Source: an uncultured bacterium (GTDB lineage: Bacteria > Zixibacteria > MSB-5A5 > CAIYYT01). From it: a DNA stretch of 64,000 bases. The position numbers and the translations under genes are program-made. Under the pieces are notes generated by a model. The model ran no database searches. It had not been told where the DNA came from and saw only the letters and a program-made list of their open reading frames with translations. Shown piece after piece: positions 18,937-29,412 of this stretch (positions within the stretch are counted from its first letter, which is position 1; the number at the start of each line of letters is the position of its first letter). Location: assembly GCA_963726455.1 (NCBI GenBank), contig CAVSCK010000004.1:64001-128000 (forward strand). The letters run 5' to 3'.

Positions 18937-20214
18937 TCAAAACTCAAGAATTGTGGAAAGTGCAAACTGGCCGCCGTTACCACCCCATGGCACCAGTCTC
19001 GATGCCGACGCATAAGCCAGGTCAAGCTTGATTGGTCCCAGACCAAGTCCGATTCCGACGCTCGCCGACTTGTCGTCGATTCCACCGACCGCCAGACCGG
19101 TACGCAGTGCCGCGAACCCGAGTGCCAGGTACTCGACGCCACAAGCCAGTCGCGGAGTTTTCGAGGCGAAGGCAGATTCTTCAAAGCCCTGTTTCAGACT
19201 AGCCGCCGCCAACAGTTTGCCGAAGCTGCGCGAAGCGCCAAATTGGATTTCCATCGGTGGACGAGTATGTATGGAGCCCACCGCAACCTTGTGGTCTTCC
19301 GAAGTCCACACCGTGTCGTCACCGGAGTTTTCAACCGTGACGTTTTCGAAGTCAAATGTATAGACCGTCTTTTCCAAATCGCGATTCCAGTTCAGTGAGG
19401 CCAGGAGATTTTTAAAGACCAGTCCATACTGGGCGTGCTCGCCCATGGCTACGAGTCCGAAATCCACGGCATATCCGCGACCACCAAGTGACTGCAGAGT
19501 TGTCATGCCGCCATTTCCGGAAAATCCGGTTGTCAGTGTAATGGCCTGAGCAGTCAAGCCCTCAACTGAGTAGTAAGCCAGTCCGTGCAAGTATTTGACC
19601 GTGGCACCGGCAGCAATGTCCCAATGGCTGGTCGTTGCCACCCTGGTTCCGTAACTGATACCGACTGCCAGAGCGCTCCAGCCCCTGCCGTCACTACCTT
19701 CGGCAGTGACTGTTTCCCCCATCTTATTGCCCATCAAAGCCAGTTCGATTGGATCCTTGGGCAATGTCCCTTTTCCGCCACCGATAACTTCCGCCGTCAG
19801 CGCCATCGAAGACGCCGCAAAAGATAGGGCACTGACGTTTCCTCGGAAATTGACGTCCAATCCGCCGGCGGGAATCTTGTCGAGGATTGTCTGCTTGTCG
19901 GCGGTTGTCAGATAAGCGCCGTTGTACTTGTTGTAGTCAGCCAAACTAAAGGCGTTGTTGGCAACGAGTCCGGAGACTGAAACCAATTTCAGCGATGGGC
20001 GCCTGCTGCCGGGCATGGCCAGATTGGCTGGATTAGCTGTCGCTGCCTCGCAGTTGGATGACTCGAGCAGGTAGCTCCCCGCCATACCCAGCGAGCGTGC
20101 ACTCGGGGCTGATTGCGCTAGCAGCAATCCGGGCAGGATCAGCAATGCGACTGCCACGATCAGTGACAAGGCGATTACGCCTGCGAATTTCCGTTGCTTC
20201 GTTTTGTTTTCCAT
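18937..20214 (-). CDS. Outer-membrane beta-barrel (TraF_2/DUF5723/FadL-like)
   Basis: ARSLGMAGS, ANPANLA motifs; amphipathic strands; terminal Phe. Confidence 0.7.
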   Translation of the reverse strand: MENKTKQRKFAGVIALSLIVAVALLILPGLLLAQSAPSARSLGMAGSYLLESSNCEAATANPANLAMPGSRRPSLKLVSVSGLVANNAFSLADYNKYNGAYLTTADKQTILDKIPAGGLDVNFRGNVSALSFAASSMALTAEVIGGGKGTLPKDPIELALMGNKMGETVTAEGSDGRGWSALAVGISYGTRVATTSHWDIAAGATVKYLHGLAYYSVEGLTAQAITLTTGFSGNGGMTTLQSLGGRGYAVDFGLVAMGEHAQYGLVFKNLLASLNWNRDLEKTVYTFDFENVTVENSGDDTVWTSEDHKVAVGSIHTRPPMEIQFGASRSFGKLLAAASLKQGFEESAFASKTPRLACGVEYLALGFAALRTGLAVGGIDDKSASVGIGLGLGPIKLDLAYASASRLVPWGGNGGQFALSTILEF

Positions 20215-20216
20215 AT

Positions 20217-22187
20217 TTAGTCCTTCCCTCCGACGCGGGCAGTGATTTCGACAATGCTGTTCATAGTGAAGTAGTCAGACGCCCGCAGCAGGACGGTCTG
20301 GTTATTAGTTCCGGGAAGCGTTATCAGCGGCGCCACATAGAGCGACCGGTTTGTAAAGACGCGCAATTCGTCGGCCGTGAGATTGACCGTGTTTTCGGAC
20401 ACGATTGGCTCCGTGACAATGCCGTCGCCGTTGACGACTGCCTGGTCAAAACCGACCGGGCCGATCGTCGCCAAAGGATTGGTGAACACGGTGGCGGAGT
20501 CGGTGCCGATATAGACCGTGATCTGCGCGCCCAGCGGCAGATGATTGGTAATCGTCGATCTAAACACGCCATTCTGCAAACGGTCAGCGCGATCTGCTAT
20601 GTCGGCGTCGACCTCGACGAAGTTCTTGTCACCTTGCACGGTCGATTCCAGAATCTTGACCTGCATCGGCGCCGAAATTGCCGCATGAGCGGACAAACGG
20701 TCGTCCTTCGTGACATGTACTTCCGTGACGCCATCGCCGATCGTGGCGGTTCCACTGATCGTAATCGTATTCGGCATGGGCGTAAGCAGATCGGCCAATT
20801 GATCGCTGTGAATATGGTTGGTCGACGGGACTTGCTGTGTGCCGGCAGTAATGCTTCCTGAAACATCCAGATGCTTGCCGTTGGAAGCCGTGAGACCTAG
20901 AGTCACGTTACCCGACAGTTCGGAATAGTTCTGAACAGTGATATCCATCTCGACCAATGCCAGGACAACATTTTCGAATCCGGTAGGGACGTCGATGGCA
21001 ACTTGCTGATTGTCCCATTGGATCGACGTGGGTCGAATGACACCGTCCGCCGATTCGAATCTCCAGCTGGTCCAGCGTGAATCCGAAGGTGAATCCGTCG
21101 TTGGAATTGACGGTGACGTAATTGTCGCCGGATGAAAACACGGTCGTCCTCAATTGGTCCTGATCGAGTCGCTTTGCGGTTGGATCGTCCAACCGGAAAG
21201 ACTGCGTGTTTCATGAACCGAGCCATAAGCATTCACCGGAATCGTCAGCGATAACGGTGTGCCACCGCTGGTGATGTTCGGGAACGACGCGACTATCTCG
21301 GTGCTCACGCCGAGATGATTCTGAATTGTGAAATCGAGGTTGCCGGCTACCATAGACGCCGACAACAAACGGAAATCATCCGAGAGAGATGTGTTCTGTA
21401 CATATTGGTGCGAGAATTGGGATACCTTTCCCGTAACTGAGCTTGCGCGCAGCTCGCCGGTAAAACCGAACTCAAAGTCGATCGAGCGTCCCGCCAGTGA
21501 AAGCGCCAAACCGCCCGGTGTGTGGAAGTAGACATCGAGGCCGCATTCATTGTGAACTGTCTTGCCCGACAGCGGTAATGTGTCAACGAAACTGGAGCCG
21601 TCAGCCAACGCCTGTGGCACTGTAAATGTGCCGAGCAGCGCGGCAGTGGCCGGGTCGCGAACCTCGCCCCTTAACGAATCAAGAGTGAAGCCGGTGTTAT
21701 TGACGGTTGTGACAATTAGCCCGCCCTCGGTGATTACCGCCTCGGCGAACGAAGTATTCGGACCCACGGTCTTGTTTACTTGCAGGCCGGTATCCGGAAT
21801 TTCGCCGGCAATCAGGGGCACATAGTCTGAAAATGCAATTTGTTGTGCCATGGCAGGTGGCGGCGGAACTGTAATCACGCCGACCTGCTTATCGAATTGT
21901 GACGACGAACCGGACACTGCCAGGACCGCGTCCATCGATAATGAGTCGAGATTCTTTTCTACCAGGAAAGAACTGTTACCCGACGAATCCGAAACGATGT
22001 TGTCGGTTGCCAGCTTGGCAAACAATTCCCTAGTTGTATAGGTTTTGTCAATGAGGGGGAGACGAATAGTCGTGTCCCAGCTCGGCGCTTGCGGCGATTT
22101 GACTGAGCAACCGGCCAGCATGAACGTTGTCAGAATCAGTAGCGCTGCCGGTTGTTTCAGTATTGAAACAGAAGAACGTTCTTTCAT
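20217..22187 (-). CDS. Beta-rich lipoprotein of about 655 aa, split by two apparent frameshifts near 21160 and 21060
   Basis: Lipobox LAG-C, APSWDTTIRLPL; reading continues through ORF fragments 21150-22187, 20908-21192 and 20217-20957. Confidence 0.7.
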
Positions 22188-22232
22188 TTGTTAGACCCTC
22201 CCATAGGTGATGCCCTCTGAAGGGTCTGTTTG

Positions 22233-22248
22233 TGCAACTGCCGTGCCG
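22233..22248 (-). promoter_or_regulatory. sigma54 (-24/-12) promoter of the lipoprotein-barrel-M6 operon
   Basis: Minus strand reads CGGCACGGCAGTTGCA (GG-N10-GC), about 45 bp upstream of the ATG at 22187. Confidence 0.75.
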
Positions 22249-22596
22249 CAGGGCCGTGCTTATGGCTCCCGTTGAGATGCAGAGACTTGACGGAAATTCG
22301 GAAGATGCCTAGACAAGCTGGTGGCGCATAAGTGTAGGATGATCCCAATAGCGTGGGGATTTCGAACGCAGCCGGAACGTCATCTGAACGCCTTGGCATT
22401 CACTGTCTTGCGTTTCAGGTTGCGACATGCCTACTTGACAATCCGAAGTGGACGCGAGATCGCTGGTTCCTACGAGCCAGAAAAAGTGAATGTGATGGGC
22501 GCAAATCAGTTGCCCGGAAGGTGGGTCATCAGTTATTATGTTTGGCTGAGGTCAGGGGGCTGATAATTCCAGACGGACCGTCGTTGCGGAGGATAC

Positions 22597-23154
22597 ATGA
22601 TTTCGACAAGTGATTTTAGAATCGGCATGAGAATAGCGATCGAGGGTGACCCATATTATATCGTCGACTTCTTGCGTTCCCAGACGGGGCGAGGCAGGGC
22701 GAACGTCTGGACCAAGCTGAAAAACATCAAGACCGGGCAGGTAATCGAACGCACTTTCACTTCCGGCGAAACTTTCGATATGCCCGATTTCAGTCACAAG
22801 CGGACACAATACCTGTACGCCAACGAGGGCGAGTGGTTCTTCATGGACACGGAAACGTACGACCAGTTTTCGCTCACCAAGGAACAGCTCGGCGACTACA
22901 CGCAATACCTCAAGGAAAACGGCGAATACACGATTCTCTACTTCGAGGGCCAGCCGATCAACCTCGACATGCCGACCTCGGTAGTTCTCAAAGTCGTCAC
23001 CACGGAGCCCGCCGTTCGTGGTGATTCCGTCTCGAATATCCAGAAAGGCGCCACCCTGGAGACCGGCATTGAAGTCAAGGTGCCGCTTTTCATCAAGGAA
23101 GGCGATTCTATCAAGGTCGACACCCGCACCGGTAAATACCTCGAACGCGCCTAG
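22597..23154 (+). CDS. efp: Elongation factor P
   Basis: VWTKLKNIKTG, QYLY, FMDTETYDQ, TEPAVRGDS, LETG, VPLFIKEGD..KVDTRTGKYLERA. Confidence 0.97.
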   Translation: MISTSDFRIGMRIAIEGDPYYIVDFLRSQTGRGRANVWTKLKNIKTGQVIERTFTSGETFDMPDFSHKRTQYLYANEGEWFFMDTETYDQFSLTKEQLGDYTQYLKENGEYTILYFEGQPINLDMPTSVVLKVVTTEPAVRGDSVSNIQKGATLETGIEVKVPLFIKEGDSIKVDTRTGKYLERA

Positions 23155-23163
23155 GAAAGCCCA

Positions 23164-23809
23164 TTGACCGATTACGTCGCCGGAGTCGATGAGTCCGGCA
23201 AAGGGGACTTTTTCGGCCCGCTGGTTGTCGCATCCGCGGCCGTTAGCGTGTTGGAACGCCCGTTACTTGAAGATCTTTACGTCCGCGATTCCAAGAAGAT
23301 TTCCGACAAACGGTCGCTAGTTATTGCGGCAGCAGCTCAAGAAACACATACCTCATGCCATCGTCGTTATTATGCCAGAGAAGTATAACGAACTATACCT
23401 CAAGATCGGCAATCTGAACCGATTGCTGGCCTGGGGACACGCGCGCGCCATCGAGAACCTGCTGGAGAAAGTTGAATGCCAGACGGTCATCAGCGATCAA
23501 TTTGCCAAAGAGGAATTGTTGGAGCGGTCCCTGATGGAAAAAGGCCGGTCAATCAAGCTGATTCAGCAGGTCAGGGGCGAAAGCGAGTTGCCGGTTGCGG
23601 CTGCATCCGTATTGGCACGCGCTGAGTTCATCAGCATTCTCAGTCGTCTCTCCGAGAAATGGAGTCTTGACCTTCCCAAAGGCGCCGGACCGCAGGTGGA
23701 TGCGGCCGGCAAACAGTATATCCTCAAGCACGGCGAGGAAAAGCTGAATCAAGTCGCCAAACTTCACTTCAAGAACCTACAAAAGATTCGCGCGCTGGTC
23801 GGGCGATAG
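23164..23809 (+). CDS. rnhC: Ribonuclease HIII, catalytic domain (apparent frameshift near 23325)
   Basis: GVDESGKGDFFGPLVVA, VRDSKK, NLNRLLAWGHARAIENLL, ISDQFA, VAAASVLARAEF, LPKGAG, VAKLHFK. Confidence 0.9.
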
Positions 23810-23946
23810 CTTTCCGGGTGTCTGTCCCGGATTTCGAGTCACGGAAATACCGGCTTTTTCCCGCAACACTCCCTGTAAAGTAAAACCTCCGCAAAAACTG
23901 CCGATACTTTATCAGTCAACAACTTAATCACTGACAGGGGAGTCTG

Positions 23947-25986
23947 ATGGTGTTAGCGGAGTATTTCTTTCTGGTGCTCCTGGTGTTGGTCAGTTATTCG
24001 ACCTACCGGGCGAAAGAGCGATATTTTTACAGATCACAGGATAGCTACAATAAGATAATGACCGGAATAGTCTTCTGGCTGTTGATGTTATTCGTGCGGG
24101 TGCTCGCCGGCAACGGCATCCTGCAGCACTTACCGGTTGCCAATCAGGCGGAATACCATTACCTCACTGAGGCATTTCTACTGGTTACGGGCGGATTGCT
24201 ATTGGCGATGGGCTCGTACGAGTGGATTGCAAGTATGGCCTCAGCCGATCACACTTCGACGAAATACCGCAAGTATCTCGATCTGCTTTCGTCAGCAGCC
24301 GATTCTGTCCGCAAAGAAAGCGATCCGGCGCGACTACAAACCAAGTTAAGTGATCTGATCATGCATTTTACGGGAGCAGCCTCGGTCAGCTTCTATCGGT
24401 TCGATGAATCATCTGGTCAATTTGCGCCCACGGAACAGCGCCTCATGACGACAGCACTTACCTCTGAATTGCAGCAAATCTGCCGCGATTCTCTGCGAGC
24501 CGGCCATCTTTCCATTGTGCCGTTTGAGGCCTGCGAGGGTCGGAAACCGACCGTGATATTGCCTTTGAGAAAGGCAGAGCCACACGTGTTGCTGATCAAC
24601 TGGCAGAGGGGCGTCAAGATTGACATCGATCTGTTGCAGGTGCTTAATCTGCTGGCGGCACATCTTGCCGGGACTGCGCCAATTGCGCCGACAATTGTAG
24701 CTCCAAAGACCAAGACCGCAGAAATACTCGAAGAGCTTCGTGACGATCTGGCGGCAATCGACCGCGTTCAGGAGGCCGTCAATCTGATCGACAGTGCCCT
24801 TCGGCAAATCATGACCTACGATATTCTGCGAATCGCGTTGTTCGATGATCGTGGCTTCAACGTAACCCAGCATTGCCTGGGGCAGGGGAGAAGTCTGCTG
24901 ACGGAACGAAATCACTCAATCTCCACTCAGAAGACAAGTCTCGGACGGCTGTTCGTATCGCCGCAAGTGATCGCGACCGACTCTTTGGATGCCAGTTCAT
25001 ACGAGGATGATCGCTGGCTGAGTTCGTGCGGCTCGCGCCATGCCTTGACGATTCCCATTACCGTCGATGGCAAGGCCGTTGCGGCGGTGACACTCGCATC
25101 GGAGAACGAACCTCTGGACAAATCTATCGGCGAGCAAATTGCGCCGGCGCTTTCTGCCGCCATGCTGCCGTTGGTGCGAAGCGATAGCTATTCGCACCAG
25201 TTGGTCGCCTACAACAGGCAGGTGCTTGACCTGACAAGCACCTTGAAAAAACTTGTGTCCAACGAAGATGCGCTGGAATTTCTGAAAGAACTCGCCGAGA
25301 TTGCGGTCACGAAATTGCCCGCCACTTACTGTCGGCTCTGGCGCTTTGATTCCGAGCGCGAGACCCTGGAATTCGTTACCGACGCCCATTCGCGTGATGT
25401 CAGCAGCCAGGTTACCAGAGTTCAGTCTTTGCCGCTTTCCAAGACGCGCTGGCATAAGCTGGCTATTCAGGCCGGCCGCATGATGTTGATCAACCAACGC
25501 GAGGAACGCATGCAAATGGACGATCAGGAGCTGGTGGAATCGCTGGTAGTCGGTATGCAGTCTGCGATATTAGTCCCGATGATGATGGGCGGCGAACCGA
25601 TCGGCATTATGGCGATTGCCGAAATGCGCAACTGGGATCGACGCAGTTTCTCACTGTCCGACAGCTTGTTTGCGCGCGGACTGGCGAATATCGCTGCGCA
25701 GGCCTTGATGTCATTGACGACCGCAGAGCGCGTGGGACGGCTGAATCGCAGAATCGACCAGCTCGAAAAGGGCAAGCTGTTCGGCGAAGTGTTCATTGAT
25801 CTGCCTAAGCGCCTGGCGACGCCGTTGACGTCGATCATGGCCCGTACACAGCAGTTGATCGAGACGAATGGTGAAGCGGATGAGAAGACCACGCGCAACC
25901 TCGCGATCATCAAATTGCAGACTGAGAAGATGATGAACGAAGTGCGTACGCTGCAGGAAGTCCGCCGCGAGCAGGTGCACTCCTAA
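23947..25986 (+). CDS. Membrane-anchored multi-GAF sensor with degenerate DHp-like C-terminus
   Basis: Three N-terminal TM segments; GAF motifs (SRHALTIPITVDGKAVAAVTL, QSAILVPMMMGGEPIGIMAI); PKRLATPLTSI tail. Confidence 0.75.
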   Translation: MVLAEYFFLVLLVLVSYSTYRAKERYFYRSQDSYNKIMTGIVFWLLMLFVRVLAGNGILQHLPVANQAEYHYLTEAFLLVTGGLLLAMGSYEWIASMASADHTSTKYRKYLDLLSSAADSVRKESDPARLQTKLSDLIMHFTGAASVSFYRFDESSGQFAPTEQRLMTTALTSELQQICRDSLRAGHLSIVPFEACEGRKPTVILPLRKAEPHVLLINWQRGVKIDIDLLQVLNLLAAHLAGTAPIAPTIVAPKTKTAEILEELRDDLAAIDRVQEAVNLIDSALRQIMTYDILRIALFDDRGFNVTQHCLGQGRSLLTERNHSISTQKTSLGRLFVSPQVIATDSLDASSYEDDRWLSSCGSRHALTIPITVDGKAVAAVTLASENEPLDKSIGEQIAPALSAAMLPLVRSDSYSHQLVAYNRQVLDLTSTLKKLVSNEDALEFLKELAEIAVTKLPATYCRLWRFDSERETLEFVTDAHSRDVSSQVTRVQSLPLSKTRWHKLAIQAGRMMLINQREERMQMDDQELVESLVVGMQSAILVPMMMGGEPIGIMAIAEMRNWDRRSFSLSDSLFARGLANIAAQALMSLTTAERVGRLNRRIDQLEKGKLFGEVFIDLPKRLATPLTSIMARTQQLIETNGEADEKTTRNLAIIKLQTEKMMNEVRTLQEVRREQVHS

Positions 25987-26027
25987 AGATAGCGCGACAG
26001 CTACTCGTCTCTGATTTTGGAAAAGCT

Positions 26028-26957
26028 CTAGAAATGCGCCAATGTTGCGGGAACGTATAATGTCGGATCGCTAATCGGCTCCGAAGCCATCATCAGCGTT
26101 ACTTCATCAATGTGGAATCCTGCCGCCATCAGCATCTTGATAATCTCCGCCTGACATCCTTGCACGAAGACGATTTGAAATGTTGCGTTCTGCGCCATAC
26201 TCCAATTGACCGCCTCCGCCAGAATCGACGAGAGGTATTCCGGTTTGGCGGCAACTGCGGGAGCTATCATGCCGCGACTGCTGACGACCGCATAGCCGAC
26301 CAGTTTGCGCCCGTCGAAGAATGCGAGCGTGCTGTAGGTCGGCTCGTTCAACCAGAACAAATGTTCCTCCGGACGCGCCAACTGTCGGGCGCGACGGTCG
26401 AGTTCTGTCAGGCGATTGACATATATCTCGTCGGTTACAATTTTCATCGACAACTTAACAGGCACACGCAGTTTCTTGAACGATGCCGCCGCATTGCGCT
26501 TGCGATCCATCGACAGCAGGGGACGTTGTGGAGGCATGCCCAGCTTGGAATATACTGCGACGGCCTGGGGATTGACGGCAAACGTCGCCAGCGCCCAGCG
26601 CCGGCAGTTGTTACTCCGGCCATATTTCATAGCTTTGTCGAGTAGTTTCTGTCCGAGTCCATGCGACTGTTGCAAGGGATCTACAAAAAGGAAGGCCAGA
26701 TACCACTCGTCTTCGCGTATTACTGCCATCGTAAAGCCGACGACCTTTCCCTTGGCGCCCACGGCCACGAAAGAGCCCTCTGGATCGGATTTCAACATGT
26801 GTACCAACAGAGGGGGGGGCTCTTTCAGTTTCGTGACCTTGGTGACCGACATTCCGCGCCGTCGCCGCAAATCGTTCGTCGTAGTCATAACGAGCGTGAT
26901 CGCATCAATGAGATCAGACTGCTTCGTGCGACGAATGGTGGGCTTCTTTTCAGGCAT
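26028..26957 (-). CDS. GNAT-family N-acetyltransferase (tandem GNAT)
   Basis: WYLAFLFVDPLQQSHGLGQKLL acetyl-CoA motif; NPQAVAVYSKLG. Confidence 0.85.
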   Translation of the reverse strand: MPEKKPTIRRTKQSDLIDAITLVMTTTNDLRRRRGMSVTKVTKLKEPPPLLVHMLKSDPEGSFVAVGAKGKVVGFTMAVIREDEWYLAFLFVDPLQQSHGLGQKLLDKAMKYGRSNNCRRWALATFAVNPQAVAVYSKLGMPPQRPLLSMDRKRNAAASFKKLRVPVKLSMKIVTDEIYVNRLTELDRRARQLARPEEHLFWLNEPTYSTLAFFDGRKLVGYAVVSSRGMIAPAVAAKPEYLSSILAEAVNWSMAQNATFQIVFVQGCQAEIIKMLMAAGFHIDEVTLMMASEPISDPTLYVPATLAHF

Positions 26958-27181
26958 ATAACAAGGTACTGCAATGTGGCCCGACAAGTCAACTAATAAA
27001 CATTGATGGACGATTGCGCTCTGCCGGCTCAAACTACCCGCCCGCCTGCCCGCCAAATCCGCAGGGCGGTAAGGGGTGGGTGGGCAATATCCTTCCGGGA
27101 ACAAGGCAGAAATTGCGCTGTTTTTATTTGACTGTAAGGGAGCCAGTCGTTAATATTAGCGGGCAGGATTCTGGAGCACGA

Positions 27182-27688
27182 ATGCTGAACGACAACGTAC
27201 TGGTGGTGAACCAGAACTACGAACCTTTGATAACCACAAGCGTCAAGAGGGCTATTGTCCTCGTCTTCCTTGGAAAAGCTTCGATGGTGGAGGCCCGCCG
27301 TGGGCGTATGATACGCTCGGTTAGCCGCGTGTTTGAAGAACCGTCGATCGTCCGGCTGGAAGTCTACGCCCGTGTTCCTCACAAGCAAGTCATGCTCAAT
27401 CGCAAGAACATTATCAAACGCGACAATGGAACCTGCCAGTATTGCGGCACCACCGTCGGTGTCATGACCGTCGACCATGTCATCCCCAGACTGCGCGGCG
27501 GCGGCGACCACTGGGAGAACCTGGTGTGCGCCTGTGACAAATGCAATAACAAGAAGGGCAATCGCACTCCGGATGAAGCCGGGATGCGCTTGCATAAGAA
27601 ACCCCGTCGGCCCAGCAACCTGACCTTCATCCGCCAATTGGTCAGCAAGGGTGACGAGGTCTGGAAGAAATACCTCTTTGTGGGTTAA
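27182..27688 (+). CDS. HNH endonuclease (McrA-like)
   Basis: VLVVNQNYEPL, RDNGTCQYCG, TVDHVIPRLRGG, WENLVCACDKCNNKKGNRTP. Confidence 0.92.
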   Translation: MLNDNVLVVNQNYEPLITTSVKRAIVLVFLGKASMVEARRGRMIRSVSRVFEEPSIVRLEVYARVPHKQVMLNRKNIIKRDNGTCQYCGTTVGVMTVDHVIPRLRGGGDHWENLVCACDKCNNKKGNRTPDEAGMRLHKKPRRPSNLTFIRQLVSKGDEVWKKYLFVG

Positions 27689-27691
27689 TCA

Positions 27692-28669
27692 ATGGCAAAA
27701 CAAGTAATACTCTCCGGCATGCAGCCGACAGGCCGCCTGCATCTCGGTAATCTTGAAGGTGCCCTGGCCAACTGGGTGAAATTACAGCACGAATACGACA
27801 TGTACTGCTGCATCGTCGATTGGCATTCGCTGACGGCGCGCTATGACGATACCTCCACAATGGACGATGATATCGTACAGATGGCGATTGACTATCTGGC
27901 CGCCGGGCTTGATCCTCAGAAGGTCGCGATCTTCATTCAATCCCAGGTCAAGGAACATGCCGAACTGCATCTCTTGCTTTCAATGATTACGCCGACGCCC
28001 TGGCTGGAACGCGTACCGTCTTTCAAAGAAAAAGCGGAGAAGCTTGGCCTTGACAGCTACGGTTTCCTTGGCTACGGGCTGCTGCAAGCCGCGGACATTC
28101 TGGTCTATCGCGCAGATTTCGTGCCGGTAGGCAAGGATCAGCTTCCACACATCGAGCTGACGCGCGAAGTTGCGCGGCGGTTTAACACGCTGTACGGAGA
28201 GGTCTTCCCGGAGCCGCAAGCCAAGCTGACGAAGATACCTGAAGTACCCGGCACCGACGGCAACAAGATGAGCAAGTCCTACGGCAACCAAATTTCCATT
28301 GCCGACACACCGGAAGCGACCGCTGACAAGCTCAAGAAGATGTTTACCGATCCCCTTAAGCTGCGCAAGGGGGACCCGGGACGCCCGGAAATCTGCCCGG
28401 TGTTTACATTGCATAAGATCTTTACCCCGGCTGAGCAAATAGAGGTTATCGACCGCACCTGCCGTTCGGGCGAATTGGGCTGCGTCGCCGACAAAAAACA
28501 TCTTGCCGAAAGCATTAATAATGCGTTAGAACCTATACGGCAGAAGCGCCGCGAGCTGGAAAGCAACTTGGGCTACGTCAATGACGTGCTAGCGGATGGC
28601 GCCAGTCGCGCCCGCAAACGTGCCCAGGAGACAATGGCGATAGTCAGGGAGAAAATGCACCTGCGATGA
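27692..28669 (+). CDS. trpS: Tryptophan--tRNA ligase
   Basis: SGMQPTGRLHLGN, LQAADIL, VPVGKDQLPH, KMSKS. Confidence 0.98.
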   Translation: MAKQVILSGMQPTGRLHLGNLEGALANWVKLQHEYDMYCCIVDWHSLTARYDDTSTMDDDIVQMAIDYLAAGLDPQKVAIFIQSQVKEHAELHLLLSMITPTPWLERVPSFKEKAEKLGLDSYGFLGYGLLQAADILVYRADFVPVGKDQLPHIELTREVARRFNTLYGEVFPEPQAKLTKIPEVPGTDGNKMSKSYGNQISIADTPEATADKLKKMFTDPLKLRKGDPGRPEICPVFTLHKIFTPAEQIEVIDRTCRSGELGCVADKKHLAESINNALEPIRQKRRELESNLGYVNDVLADGASRARKRAQETMAIVREKMHLR

Positions 28670-29412
28670 GTGAAGACAAGCTTTACGATGAAGTACAGGT
28701 TACCTCCGACAGCTTTCCAGTCAAGATCGAGGGATTTGAAGGCCCGCTCGACCTGTTGCTCTATCTGATCCGCAATCAAGAGATTGACATTTACGATATT
28801 CCGATTTCCAAGATCACCGGCCAGTATCTGGAATACCTCAACGTCATGAAGCTGCTCAATCTCGAAATCGCCGGCGAATACCTGCTGATGGCCGCAACCT
28901 TGATCCGCATCAAGGCGCGTCTCTTGATGCCGCGACATCCGGAGATTGAGGGAGATGAAGAGGATCCGCGTGAAGAACTGATCGTGGCGCTGCTGGAATA
29001 CAAGCGCTTCAAAGAGGCCTCCGAGAAAATGGCCATCATGGAGGTCAAGGAACGCCAGGTTCTCAAACGCGGCGACTTTTCGTATCTCAGCAAAGAGGTA
29101 CAGGAGACCTTCACGCTTGAGGCCACGCTTTACGACCTGGCGCGGGCGTTCAGCGATGCCATCAAAGCCATGCCCCCGGAACCGGTGCATGAAGTTCGAA
29201 ATTATGAACTGACCATTGAAGACCAGGTAGAGTACATCCTGAAACTGCTTCAGGACACCGAAAACATTACTTTGACAGAACTACTTAAGCTTGACCCCAG
29301 CCGCTTCTACTGCGTAGTAACCTTCGTGGCGTTGCTGGAATTAGTCAAACTGCAGCGCGTTTCAGCGCGCCAGCACCAGCATTTTGGAGAAATCTATGTC
29401 GTCAGAATCTGA
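28666..29412 (+). CDS. scpA: Segregation and condensation protein A (kleisin)
   Basis: FEGPLDLLLYLI, AGEYLLMAATLIRIKARLL, TFVALLELVK, Q..FGEI. Confidence 0.95.
   Translation: MSEDKLYDEVQVTSDSFPVKIEGFEGPLDLLLYLIRNQEIDIYDIPISKITGQYLEYLNVMKLLNLEIAGEYLLMAATLIRIKARLLMPRHPEIEGDEEDPREELIVALLEYKRFKEASEKMAIMEVKERQVLKRGDFSYLSKEVQETFTLEATLYDLARAFSDAIKAMPPEPVHEVRNYELTIEDQVEYILKLLQDTENITLTELLKLDPSRFYCVVTFVALLELVKLQRVSARQHQHFGEIYVVRI

Noticed and set aside
22190-22596. tRNA or riboswitch in the 400-bp intergenic region before efp
   Set aside because: No cloverleaf or known aptamer motif recognised; length is explained by divergent promoters and sigma54 enhancer space
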